From: the human T2T-CHM13v2.0 reference genome, Homo sapiens
Strand: one strand, 5' to 3'
Length of the DNA: 64,000 nucleotides
NCBI RefSeq assembly: GCF_009914755.1
Contig: NC_060925.1
Position numbers and translations under genes: made by a program. This document shows, piece after piece, positions 1-12,321 of this stretch. The notes below the pieces were generated by a model, which was not told the DNA's origin, made no database searches, and saw only the letters and a list, made by a program, of their open reading frames with translations. Numbering within the stretch: position 1 is the stretch's first letter; each line of letters begins with the position of its first letter.

Positions 1-2789
1 ATAGTCAGTGTTATCTAAATGCATATTCTAATCCATATATCAAACTCATTTCCGACTATAATTTGGACTGTTGAAAATTTGTTTCTATTTTGAAGCTATT
101 CCTTGTGGTCCAACCAGATTTGAATAAATTCAGTATTTAATTTTACGTATGTGTTAAATCATGATAATGACATTTAGCATTCCACATGCCCCTACTTTTA
201 ACCTAGCATATTTTATTGCCTAAATAACATTTTGTTGTGAACAATCACAAAATCTCAGTGGCATACAATAATAAATATTTATTTTACTCACAAATGCATG
301 GTTTGATCTAGGCATAGCTAATCTCTTATTTATGTACCTGTATATGTATATATATATATAGATTGATTTATTTTACTTATGTGGTTTAATGATTATAAAT
401 TAAATCATTCAGTATTATGGTTATTAAAATAAACTTTATTCATTTAATCAGAAATGTCTTTATATATGATTATCTTTGCATTCAAATAAAAATATTCCTA
501 TGTACAAATATATTATTATATCCCATTTTATTACCAGCAACCAAATTATCTGTTGGGATTCAACATGCTGTATCTACTGAAAATTAAGCAACTACATCAT
601 TTGGCTTCATTTATACTTTATCTTCTCTACCACTAAGAACCTTATCTAACATGCCAGCATGAACTTTAAAATGCTTTATCTTGAGCCAAGGATTCAGTGC
701 ATACTGACAAAATATCCTGATTTCAGTTGGTGAAATTTCTAAAAGGCAATCTGCAGTGGCCATTATCTCTCTAATAGTTTTATTGGAAAATTAGATAATG
801 TTGGCTGTTCTAGTTAGTGTTTGTCATTTTCATGTTTTAAAAAATTTTTATTCATATAGACTTGACAGGAGAAATATTATTTGTTTAAAAAATTGATTAA
901 ATGGTACTTTAACTTATTTTTCTTTTCATCTTTCTAATATATCTTTCAATCAATTCTTCTGGCTAGACTTATTTTAAATTTTTGCCATCTTGTTGAATGT
1001 CCTAACTTCAGGCCTCATAAAAGTTAAATCCTGTTATCTAAGACATCCATGAAGAAAATTTAGGAGCAAGAAATTTGCAGGTCTTCTCATGGGATTAAAA
1101 AAATAAGAAAATAAAAATCTCAATATAATTCTAGTCTACTTTATGCACATAATCCATTGCCCATGGGTTGAATACATAGCAATTATAGAAAAATAATGGA
1201 TTAAATGTGTAAACTGCACAATTCCACTCTAATTCTCACAAAGTATTAAAAAAAACCTCAAAATTATAGTTGTTCTAATGATGTGAATTATTTGCATGTC
1301 TTTTTGTTGATTACAGTTCATTTCATTTGATATTCTAGCTATTTTGATTACATGTATATTTCGTAGTAGAAATATATAAAGACTTAGCCATGATTCATAA
1401 AATAAAGGCATATATTAAGTATCTCTCAAATATGTTATAAACATGAACTTATTATTAGGTCTTGAAATTTCTTATTCAATCAAATATGACCATAAGCAGT
1501 TTACTGTAACATAGATTTTTGAAAGCAAATTTTAAGTTATGAATGTAATTTCATTAATTTATGGAGATATATACAAATTAATAAATATGTAAACATTTAC
1601 AATTATACAAAATATAAAATAGCAACGCATTGCTCACTGTGAATATTGCTTTTACATTCAAATAAAATGTGATGGCTAAAAATATTTTCTTATTTTTAGT
1701 TAAGATTTTGAGAAAATAGTGATATTGATATTTAGAAAGTTGTTGTAAAATGCAAACAACTGGCTCATTAGACAATTATTGTATACTGCAATCAGGTCAG
1801 AGAAAAGCAATTGCAAAAGAAAGATACTTTTGGTCAAGTCAATCTTAGCAAGTGATCCATGGCAAAGAATGAGGCAAAAACTCATCTCTTTTGACAAAAC
1901 AGGAGAAAATGTTGTCCCTGTTGTTGCAGAAGCAACAGGGGTAGAAATAGTGAGTGCCAAAACCCAAAGCAGATAGATTAATTTAGTCAATAAGAGCCTA
2001 AAAGACCAGCAAGTAACAATAGCAAAAAATGATTATTTTTGCCTTGAGAAACAATATGTTATGAAGTTCCTCTTAGGCATAGCTTGGCTTAGTTTGCTAT
2101 GGTGTGGAAGCTAAACAATGCTATAAAAAATATCAAGTCCAATAAATAAGAAAATGTTTGACTTTCTGAATGATAAATACAAAATTCATCTAAGACATTC
2201 TCTATGTAAAGAAAAGGATAAATGAATTTAAACAAGTATTAATTATGAGAAAGTATGAGTGCTTTCAGAGGATAACATAAAGGTGACCTCCTAAGTAATA
2301 GATTCCACTGCTATGGACTTTCTATATTGCAGAGGGTACAATTACCAAACTAATCACTGCAATTGTTTAACATTCGGCTAGACTGCCTCCTTGGTAACAG
2401 CTTGTATTTTTATTTTAACATGCTGTGAGGTCCAGTTTTATGTTATATCTTAAGATCAGCTGCAGCTGATGAGTCTTAATTTTAATTAAAGTGTCTTTTA
2501 TAAAAACAAGTAAAAAGATTGAAGCCTACTGAGACAACAAACATGGACAATGAAAGCCCCAGGTAAATAATCTACTATTGACAAAGGCATTTAGTCATAT
2601 AATCTTTCAGTAGCAGCTTCATTAATATTAGATGGATTAGAACTACAGCACATTTCTCATTCTTATCTAACTCAAGTTTTTATGTTTTAAATCAAAATTT
2701 GAATCCAATAATGCCAATTTTTATTATCAAAAAGCTGACATTTTTGAGCCATATAATATGATATGTATATTTTAGTCATTATGTTACTG

Positions 2790-2951
2790 CATCCTCATAT
2801 CAGTTTTATGCAGTTGTTCCTAAAATTACATGTTTTTTTTTTTGTTTTTGGTGAAGAACATGATGCACAGAGAGATTATTTAACTTGCCTAAAGTAACAT
2901 TTTTTATTAAATAGACAAACCAGAATTTAAACCTACGGCATCTCCAGAGTC
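2790..2951 (-). mobile_element. MIR SINE fragment (degenerate)
   Basis: tgatgcacagagagattatttaacttgcctaaagtaaca...cagaatttaaacct resembles the reverse complement of the MIR core. Confidence 0.6.
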
Positions 2952-2999
2952 TCTCCTTATTGAATATCTATTATCACACAAAATACTGACCAATTCCTC

Positions 3000-3306
3000 A
3001 CTGTTTTGAATTTGAGCGTAGTCCTGTAACTTGGTTAATGAATTTGTGTATAAGCGGCACATGACACTTCTAATTAAAAGCTATAAAATCTAGCCCATAG
3101 ATAGCCATGCATCATCCCATTTCCATGACACTGATAATATTCTAGATGCAGGTCTTCAGCCAGTCTGCATTCCCCCATGACATTTAGAGCAGAATTTGCA
3201 CCAACCTGAGAGGAACTCATAAAATAAAACGTTCATGGTCATGCACAACTAGGATGGTTTATTGTTGGTTACTACAAGATAATTGAGCATATCTCAACCG
3301 ATACAG
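3000..3306 (+). mobile_element. Old MaLR LTR fragment (MLT1-type)
   Basis: 3' end aaaataaaac...ttgttggttactacaagataa...accgatacag resembles MLT1 LTR termini; boundaries approximate. Confidence 0.45.
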
Positions 3307-4544
3307 CTCATAACTACTATATTACTTCACTTTTTAGCATATAGTATTTTTATACCTGGTGCCAAATCACATTCTAGATTTTATAATTTGATACTTCTAT
3401 CAGATAAGAAGGCTGCTTATTTTTTATTGGAAAAAATACCACAAATTATTCATCAGTGTTAACTAGGGTAAATGTCCAGATTCTTTTCTTGATCTACTGT
3501 TCAAAAATAGAGAAACTGAAATAAATTGAGCGAATCCAGAAAAGACAGTGTAATGTTACATGGAAAAAAAAGTGTTCCAACCACTCAAAACAACCAGATT
3601 AGGCTCTGTAGCTGAATCTCAGGAACAACTGGCTCATTCTTGCTTCTCATTGTACATCAATTTGGTTTTCCTTCATCTGTACATGTATTACCTGTAAGCG
3701 TTATGATTTCCAAGCCTGGGGAGATACTGGCTTGCTTTAACATATTTAGTTTTAAAAACTCCTCAGAAAGACTCTGGATTGGATCAGCTGTATAACTCTG
3801 GACTACTCAATTGTGTTATTGAGGATGGAGTACTCTGGACGACAGACACACTTAAAGTCCGTCTCCCTTCAAAACACGCACAGAACAGCTCTCTGTGCCC
3901 AGATATGTGGATCTACAAAAAAACGCTGAAGCATTCACAGTAGTCATGTAAGTACAACTGAAATTCTGAATCCCAAGTAGGCAGATCCTAAAGCAAATAC
4001 TTCACCATTGGATAAATTCATCAAAGAGTAATTTTGCAATGGTTTTTAGTAATTTAGAAGTTTTTTATTATGACACATAATGATCATTTATAAGATTATC
4101 TTGTCATTAATTGGAGCTCCATGATTTTATTTCCTAAGTGGGCAATTATTGCAATTATGAATAGTATTTCATTAAATTTTAAATCTCCACTTTGCCTCTA
4201 CTAAATGAACTTCAGTATTTCATGGTTGCAATTTTTGCAGTTAGCAATATCTTTCCAGACCCTACATTCAACAAAGATTTAACTTGGGTCTCTGACACAA
4301 TTCTGGACAAAATGATGTAAGTTACTAGAAGAAACTTGATGAAAACACCCAAACAAGTATATATTTTGCATAGACTCTAGTATTTTGAAAATTTCATTAT
4401 ATTCCTCCCTGCAATGTGTATACAGAACCTGGAGAGGATAAAGGACTTTGGTACTTTGAGAATGAAGTAATTATATTGCCTATAATTCTATGCAATAAAA
4501 TTATAGTGGAAACCTATTCCAAGAAAGAAAAAGTTTAACCTCAA

Positions 4545-4903
4545 TGTATTAGTGCATTTTCATGCTGCTGATAAAGACATACCTGAGACTGGGCAATTTA
4601 TGAAAGAAAGACATTTAATTGGACTTACGGTTCCACGTGGCTGGGGAAGCCTCACAATCATGGCAGAAGGCAAGGAACAGCAAGTCATGTCTTACATGGA
4701 TGGCTGCAGACAAAGAGAGAGAGAGCTTGTGTGGGGGAACTCCTTTTTTTAAAACCATCAGATCTAGTGAGATTTATTCATTATTAGGAGAACAGCACAG
4801 GAAAGACTTACCCCCATTATTCAATTACCTCTCACCAGGTCCCTCCCACAACACTTGGGAATTCAAGATGAGATTTGGATGGGGACATAGACAATATATC
4901 TCA
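4545..4903 (-). mobile_element. THE1 (THE1A/B-type) MaLR solo LTR, inserted in an older MLT1-like LTR whose 3' end is at ~4910-5025
   Basis: tgtattagt...gctgctgataaagacatacctgagactggg...gagatttggatggggacatag...tca matches the THE1 reverse complement; 5-bp TSD CTCAA (4540-44) / CTCAG (4904-08). Confidence 0.95.
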
Positions 4904-5645
4904 CTCAGTACTAGTCCAGACCTGCCTACTCATCTCAGAGACTTTTAGTTAAATGAGACATATAAATACCAATGTGTTTAAGTCACACTTTTACTTACAA
5001 CCAGATGAAAATCCAGCTGAAACAGTTGCTTATGTGTAATTTACACATTAAATTACAAATGTGTTTCTCTTTTTCCCAAGAAAAGCAATCTTAAAAACAT
5101 GTCCAGTTACTATATCTACAGATGATTATCTAATAGTCTTTTTCTTTGAGTTTATAATTCTCCAGATGACATTTTTTTCTTTAGTGTCATCATAATCCCA
5201 ATATAGACATTCTATAGTCCTTAAACTAAGTGGTACATTTAACACATCCTAATAGACACTACACTAAAAAGGGATAACAAAGCCATTATGTTATAAATTT
5301 CCATTTAAGAAAAGGATAAACAGAAAAGAACAGAGAGTGGGCACAATTCCATAGCATGTAGTATATTGTACTAGAGTGGAAACAGCAGGGTCTTTAATCT
5401 ACAATGCAAAGTGAATGCCATCATCAGAAATCTGCCTAGCCTTTGTAATTCTCTCTGACTGAATATTTTTTGTCATTTTCCTTCAAGTTTATGTCCAAAA
5501 AGAACATAAAGGAGGACTTTGCTTTTCAGAGCTCTGTAATTAAGAGTAAGCCTTTTATTTTTTCCACAGTCACAAGAACTGGGTTATATTCAGAGATAGA
5601 AAAATCATAGATTCCTGCTTGCCAGCTTACTGTGTCAATAATTTT

Positions 5646-6130
5646 TAAAGACACATGCACACGTATGTTTATTGCGGCACTATTCACAATAGCAAAGACT
5701 TGGAACCAACCCAAATGTCCAACAATGATAGACTGGATTAAGAAAATGTGGCACATATACACCATGGAATACTATGCAGCCATAAAAAATGATGAGTTCA
5801 TCTCCTTTGTAGGGACATGGATGAAATTGGAAAGCATCATTCTCAGTAAACTATTGCAAGGACAAAAAACCAAACACCACATCTTCTCACTCATAGATGG
5901 GAATTGAACAATGAGAACACATGGACACAGGAAGGGGAACATCACACTCTGGGGACTGTTGTGGGGTGGGGGGAGGGGGGAGGGATAGCATTAGGAGATA
6001 TACCTAATGCTAAATGACGAGTTAATGGGTGCAGCACACCAGCATGGCACATGTATACATATGTAACTAACCTGCACATTGTGCACATGTACCCTAAAAC
6101 TTAAAGTATAATAATAATAATAATAATAAA
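5646..6130 (+). mobile_element. 5'-truncated young L1 3' end (L1PA3-like) with (TAA)n tail
   Basis: ORF 5632-5907 gives the ORF2p C-terminus [25 protein letters not shown]; 3'UTR G-tract; diagnostics aatgctaaatgacgagttaatggg and accagcatggc (not L1HS-Ta). Confidence 0.95.
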
Positions 6131-8385
6131 TATTCATTAGCTACTAGTAAATTTTATTTCAAATAATTTAGAACTAGTAAATGCAATGATAGGAGCTATC
6201 CATTTGTATTTTGAATATAGACTTTTAAAAAATGCTTCACCGTTATCAACAGACATGCCCATTTTACCATAAGCAGTGAGTAAATTCGTTTGCTAGTCCA
6301 GTCTGAGAACAAAAGCTCTTAACATTTTAAACTGAGAGCTAGGTTATAGCAGAATTGGCAGAGTATAAAACTAAATTGACAGAACAAGAGAATCCTCACC
6401 ATCCTCTGTTCTACTTTAATGTAGTTAATTGTCATTTATAGTGACCCAATTTTGAGATCCAAATTCTGAGTTATTAAGTACTCTGTGTACCATACATAGT
6501 ATAAACAACAATCAAAGATAGTTTTCTGAATAATGAAATGTAGGTCTTGTAACAGCATCTGATGAGGATGTCTACTCATGTGCGACTAGATTCAGAGTTC
6601 AAGTAATTTTATTAGAGGTTTAACTCTCTATTTTATGTTTGCCCTTGTCACTCCTTGCCCTGAATTTGATTATAGATTCTCTCAAATTGGATGGAAACGT
6701 GGCTGCCATCACCTTTGCATTCCTCTCAATACAGAATTTCAAACCTAAAACAGAATTTATCATTTGCAATGTCTATCTATCCATTCATTCCAAGAAAGAT
6801 TTGAATTGTCTTTTCTTGTATTGCATATCTACCCCTGTAGAGGGGATTGTGAAGAGCATAATTTATGACCTGTCCAAACTGCAAGCATCGGTGTCTCTGT
6901 AGGTGATCCTCAGAAAAGATAGGAAACACAGAGTTTCTTTAAATAACAAAAAATATATCAAGTCATCACTGGAACAAGGAAGAATACCAAGGACTCCAGG
7001 CTACATATCTATCATATTATTGGCTTGTAATCCTTTATGTAATCATGATGAAATTATAATAGTGGTATCTAGACATCTATTTCATTTTTATTGCTGATAA
7101 CAATACAGCATTTAGTATAATCTCATAGGAGATTTGTGTAATGAATCTAATAAAGCTATGATGATTATCAGCCCCCCCCAAATATTAGTAACAATAATTT
7201 ATACTTCAGGTATAGACTATTAGGTATTAGAATAAGTAGTAAATTTAATTAAGAAGCAGGAAAAAAATGACTAAAGTGAAATATTTACCTTAGAGAATTT
7301 GAAAGCTAAACATTGCTAATTCAAAAGGATTAGTTCAAATTTTGTTTTAATTATTTTATAATAGTGAGAACTTCTGTGATAGTCACAAATAGCCAAATTA
7401 TATAGAACTGGAGGGAAAATTTTTCAGGATAGAGGCAAAATCTCTGGGATAAAAATCAGGGGACATAATTTTTCATCATGGCTTTGTCACTGACATGTTT
7501 ATCTATCTGATTATGAGTAGAACTCTCTCTCCCTCAATATATTTTATTCTGAAAAATGACAAATCAGCAGCAATAATAATTTAAAAACTACATAGAAGTT
7601 ATATATGCTGTTCAATTTGGCTCAACAACTAACATATATACATATGTATACATGCACACACATATAAATTGTCTTCTTTGCATGTGTGTATATTGCCAAC
7701 ATTCTTTTTACTAAGTCATTTAAAAATGAGTTGCAGACATGCTGACTGCTCTCTCACCACTTCAATATTTATCTCCTAAGAACAAGGATTTTCTTCTACC
7801 TAACTGCTAATATTGATTCAGTTATAATATACCATCCTTAATAAAATGTCCTAAGTTGCTGAAAACATGTCTTCATAACATCTTGTCTATTTTATAATGC
7901 AGGTAAATCTCTTAATCAACAACAATTTCTAATACCTTCTGTTTGTTTTGTTTAGTTTTGCTTATGACCTTTCAAAGGGCCCAGGCATGGTATCTATTGT
8001 TTCCTTATGATTATGTTTGAGTTACATGTATTTTATGAGAACACAATGGAATTAATATTGTGTACCTCTTATGGCACAAAATCAGGGGCACATAATATCA
8101 GTTGCTCATAATTTGGGGGAGGCTAAATTTGATCACTTGTTCAAGGTTAGGTAGGTCATATCATTATAAATATCCCTTGTTCTTTTGAAATTAAGTAGTA
8201 ATATGAGATGTTGAAAACTTGGGATCATCCTTTTACAAAACAACTTTTCCTCCAAGGGTTTAAGTATCCATTGATGATCATTTTATTAACTTATTATTAC
8301 ATCAGAACTCATGAAACCTTTATTAAAAAAATCTAGCATTGACCTCCCATAATAATAAGCTGGCATTCTTCTATTTAAAAACATC

Positions 8386-8707
8386 TTTTATTTTATTTTA
8401 TTTTTCTATCTTTTATTATTTTATTTTTTAAGACATAGTATCTTGCTCTGTCACTCAGGCTGAAATGCAGGGGCCCAATCAGTTCACTGTACCCTCCAAT
8501 TCCTGGGCTCAAGCAATCCCCCAGCTTTAGCCTCCCAAGTAGCTGGGAATACGTGAGTGCCACCATGCTTAGCTAACTTATAAAAAGTTTGATTAATGGG
8601 CTCTCACTATATTGCCCAGGCTGGCCTCGAACTCCTGGCCTCAAGTGATTCTCCCTCCTTAGTCTCCCTAATCACTGGGATGACAGGCAGTAGCCACTGT
8701 GCCCAGC
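8386..8707 (-). mobile_element. AluJ
   Basis: Dimeric Alu in antisense with J-type tcctgggctcaagcaatcc and ctcactatattgcccaggctgg; heavily diverged. Confidence 0.9.
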
Positions 8708-9446
8708 TAATTTTGTTGTTCTTGAGTAGCGTTAAGAATTTATGAAATGTTTTTCAATTTAATGTGATATAAAATACTGATTTAATTGTTGTTTTTAGAT
8801 GGTCAGAATTTTCCACTTTTGACCAAGCTGACTCTTTGGTCTTCCTGAAGTGCCATCGTAAGGCTTTGAATACTTCCTTACTTTCTGACATGAAATGTCC
8901 CAGACTCACTTTTCACTTTCACTTTCTTTCCACAGAGCAATAATTGGCCATTTCTCAAAGGTCCCTAATTGTTTTTGATGGAGAATGACATTTAGAAATG
9001 AAGATTTATGTAATAGAGTATCTAATTATAGGAGGATGTCACTGAATGTAGATCTTTTCAGTGGACAGAGTCATGACATGCATTTAACAGGTAACATTAG
9101 TAAATATTGGTATGTACAAACCAAATCCAATATTTTTTTAGTTTTTCTTATATTCCAACACTTTATTTTGTATTTTTTCCCTTAGTAAGAGACCTTATTC
9201 TCTGCTAAAACAGTATATTTATTCATTTTATCTATTTTTCTGTCACACATTAGATGATAAAAAATAGATACTTAACAACTGCATACTGATAGGACAACAA
9301 TAACTTACCAACATACAATTTAAGATTTTCTTCAGTCGTTTTTTCCTTGTAATACCTCACACATTAATAATATTAATAATAACAGGATAATAATAGTGGC
9401 ATATTAATGTATCTTACTAAAGGTACACAGTGTACACTGTTCAGAA

Positions 9447-10103
9447 TAGTCAACCTTCAGTATCCATTGGTTTCAGGACCCCTAAAATCCATATATGCTC
9501 AAGTCCCTGATATAAGATGGCATAGACTTTGCACATAATCTATCCACTCCCTGCCATACATTTAAAGTTACCTCTATATTATTTATAATACCTAATATAA
9601 TGTAAATGGGATGTAAATAGTTTTTATAATGTATTAGTTGGGGAATAGTGAAAAGAAAAAAGCCTGTTCATGTTCAGTACAGACACAACTATTATTAATT
9701 AATTATGTATGTATTATTGTTATTGTTATTTTGCGACAGAGTGTTGCTCTGTCACCAAGGCTGGAGTGCAGTGGTGTGATGTCGGCTCACTGTAACCTCT
9801 GCATCCCAGGTTCAAGAAATTCTTTTGCCTCAGTCTCCCAAGTAGCTGAGATTACAGGTGCCAGCCACCACACCCAACTAATTTTTGTATTTTTATAGAG
9901 ATGGGTTTTCACCATGTTGGCCAGGCTCTCAAACTGCCAACCTTCAGTGATCCTTCCATGTCGGTCTCCCAAAGTGCTGGGATTGCAGGCATGAGCCACC
10001 ACGCCTGCCCCACAATCATATTTTTTTTTTTCCTGAATGTTTTCAGTCTTCAGTTAGTTGAATGCACTGATGCAAAACCCACGGATACAGGTCAATCATA
10101 CTG
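9447..10103 (+). mobile_element. MER2 (TcMar-Tigger non-autonomous DNA transposon) with nested Alu
   Basis: gctcaagtccctgatataagatggcatag...catgttcagtacagac, resuming after the Alu at ttagttgaatgcactgatgcaaaacccacggatac. Confidence 0.85.
9694..10010 (-). mobile_element. AluS (Sx/Sz-type) inside MER2
   Basis: Full antisense Alu; degenerate TSD cacaactat / cacaatcat. Confidence 0.93.
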
Positions 10104-10557
10104 TAATTTCCATGGTCATGTTATCAACTTAATATTCAATTAGATTAATTTGTTTCTGTTTCTATTTAATTTTAAAGATTGTGTTTGCTTGGCTACATGT
10201 GTTTATTGTGCATTTTTTAGTTTTGTTTCCAAAAAACAGTTCTTTCTTATTATCAGTTGGACATTTTTGGTTCTTTGAATTTACAGATTCCTTTCTTATG
10301 TTTTACCTGTTTTCTTATGCTTTACAAAATGTTTTTATCAATATCATTGTAATCAGTATTTTATAAATATATAGTTCACCAATTTATTAAATCAAATAAA
10401 TACTATATCAAAATGATATATCTGTATTTCAGTATTTTCAACAGTGATTTTTAAAAATCAGCAAGTCTCTACCTCAGATGAACCCACAACCTGCCCATTC
10501 TTTAGAAGGAAAACTCCTATCTCTTTTTCTTGTTTTCCCTACCCCACAAACTTTCTC

Positions 10558-11140
10558 TGTAGTGGCTCTTGAGGTATTTCACTTAGATCTCTCTTCAAGA
10601 AACAACTTGTTATAAAACTTCAAAGAGAACATTTAGCTACAGCTTCTATATATTAGAGTCTTCAGAGTTATCCTTCCTTGAGCTAAGGTCATATTCTTGA
10701 ATATTTCTATAAAGTCCCAGATAATGTCTTAGCATAGTGGCATGTTTCTCTCTAAACTAATAACCTTGTGATAATTTTTGAATATTTATATTGTTTGCAC
10801 AAATATGTAATTTTACAATAACCAAAGGTTCATCTCTCCTAATTATTAATTGTTTAAAGAGGATAATTCCAGATAACAGAGACTATGCAATAATCTGAAG
10901 GCAATTATTTAATAATTTAATGGTCTCTTACCATTTCTGCCCCCATGTAAGTCATCTCTAGTAGTTGATCTTTGTTCCAGAGCTCCCAGAATTGACCAGG
11001 AGTTTATTATGTCTGCATTATTGTTTGGAAGCTTTTCCTTTCCAATCCTCTTCCTCCCTCTTTTAACTATACAAGTGTTACTCTTCAATAAATCTTCTGC
11101 ACTCCTAAATTTATCTCATAGTCTGTGACCTAGGAGGCCT

Positions 11141-11145
<5 letters not shown>
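10558..11145 (+). mobile_element. LTR16-like ERVL solo LTR (degenerate)
   Basis: Starts tgtagtggct...agatctctcttcaaga; 3' part caataaatcttctgcactcctaaatttatctcatagtctg matches the LTR16 end. Confidence 0.6.

Positions 11146-11176
<31 letters not shown>
11143..11176. repeat. (AC)17 microsatellite
   Basis: Perfect AC x17 read directly, at the 3' CA end of the LTR16-like element. Confidence 0.98.
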
Positions 11177-11179
<3 letters not shown>

Positions 11180-12057
11180 TGTGTACACTGCCAGTTGTAC
11201 ATATATGAATTCTAGACTTAATGTGTATGGTAGATAAGTTTGTATGTCATTAGAACTCTTCATTCTACCTCTAATGTAGTTATATTGTACCTGTTTATTA
11301 TTATAAATACATAAATATTGTCATCTAAGCAGACACTAAGCCTAATTGCTTGGGGTTTTTGTATACATGATTTTGTGCTATCTGGAATAAATATGTACAT
11401 TATACCTATATATAACTTTCATCATAACTTTTCTATATGGCTAATTTTATCTCATAATCTATAATTTCTATTTATTTTTAACCTAGAAAGATCTCTCCTG
11501 GTGCTTCCTGTTTATTAGCTCAAGACTCTGACCAAATTTCATAAAGTTCATAGAAATAGCCCTCCTTTAATATTATAAACTTATTAGAATAAATGTTTTA
11601 ATTATCACAGACTTTACCAAAGTAATCCATCATTTTTTGTTATTTTCTGATTAAAACTACAGTAACCAGCTCACAGTATATAGTGATCACTTGCAATTGC
11701 AGGCTGCATTAAGAACAAATGTTTAATATACTGGGTCCAGTTACAAAGCACACTAAACTTACATATGCTTATAATTTATATATGTTGGTTCAACTGGCTT
11801 TGAATTATCGCATAGTCTCTTTTTTCTGGAATTTTGCTCATTAAGTGTTTAATAAAAATTAGGAGGGATAAGACTTCAGGATTTATGAAATTATATATTT
11901 ATACTAATAATATAAATATTATAAATATACTATATCAAAATGATATATCTGTATTTCAGTATTTAATAGTATAATATAAATATTATATATTATACCATTA
12001 TACTAATAATATAAATATTCAAAAATTATCACAATTGTATCTGTTTTGAGAGAAACA

Positions 12058-12321
12058 TGATGCAGAAGTTACCACCCCACCCTTCCCCAGACATTTCTCA
12101 TAAATAGCCCTTTAACCTGCATGTTATTAAAAATGAGTATAAATATGACTGCAAAACTGTCCTAAGCTGCTACTGTCTGCCTACGGGGTGGCCCTTCTCT
12201 GCAGTAGCCACTTCACTAATGCTGCTTTCTACCTCTGGAATGCCCTCAAATTCTTTTCCTGGGCAAAGCCAAGAACCCTCAAAGGCTGAGACCCACTTTG
12301 GTGCTTACCTGCCCTGCATCA
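12058..12321 (+). mobile_element. ERV1-class LTR 3' part (MER66-like)
   Basis: TATA box tataaatatgactgc; end gggcaaagccaagaaccctc...cacttt ggtgcttacctgccctgcatca is typical of MER4-group LTRs; 5' part absent. Confidence 0.65.

Larger units (their letters stand above)
7700..10500 (-). mobile_element. Ancient L1 3' region (L1MC4/5-like), interrupted by AluJ and MER2
   Basis: ttgcagacatgctgac...ttcaatatttatctcctaagaacaaggattttc resembles the L1MC4/5 3'UTR in antisense; ends approximate. Confidence 0.6.

Noticed and set aside
1700-1990. Minus-strand 96-aa ORF with a signal-peptide-like N-terminus (MTKLIYLLWVLALTISTPVASA)
   Set aside because: The start codon is TTG, not ATG; no recognisable homology; hydrophobic runs are expected from T-rich frames
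9427-9440. Perfect 14-bp palindrome ACAGTGTACACTGT next to MER2
   Set aside because: Does not match a Tc1/mariner excision footprint; one such palindrome is plausible by chance in 64 kb
9638-10143. Alu-derived ORFs (also at 20341, 25363, 51149, 53007)
   Set aside because: Typical Alu translation products ([13 protein letters not shown]); no exon evidence
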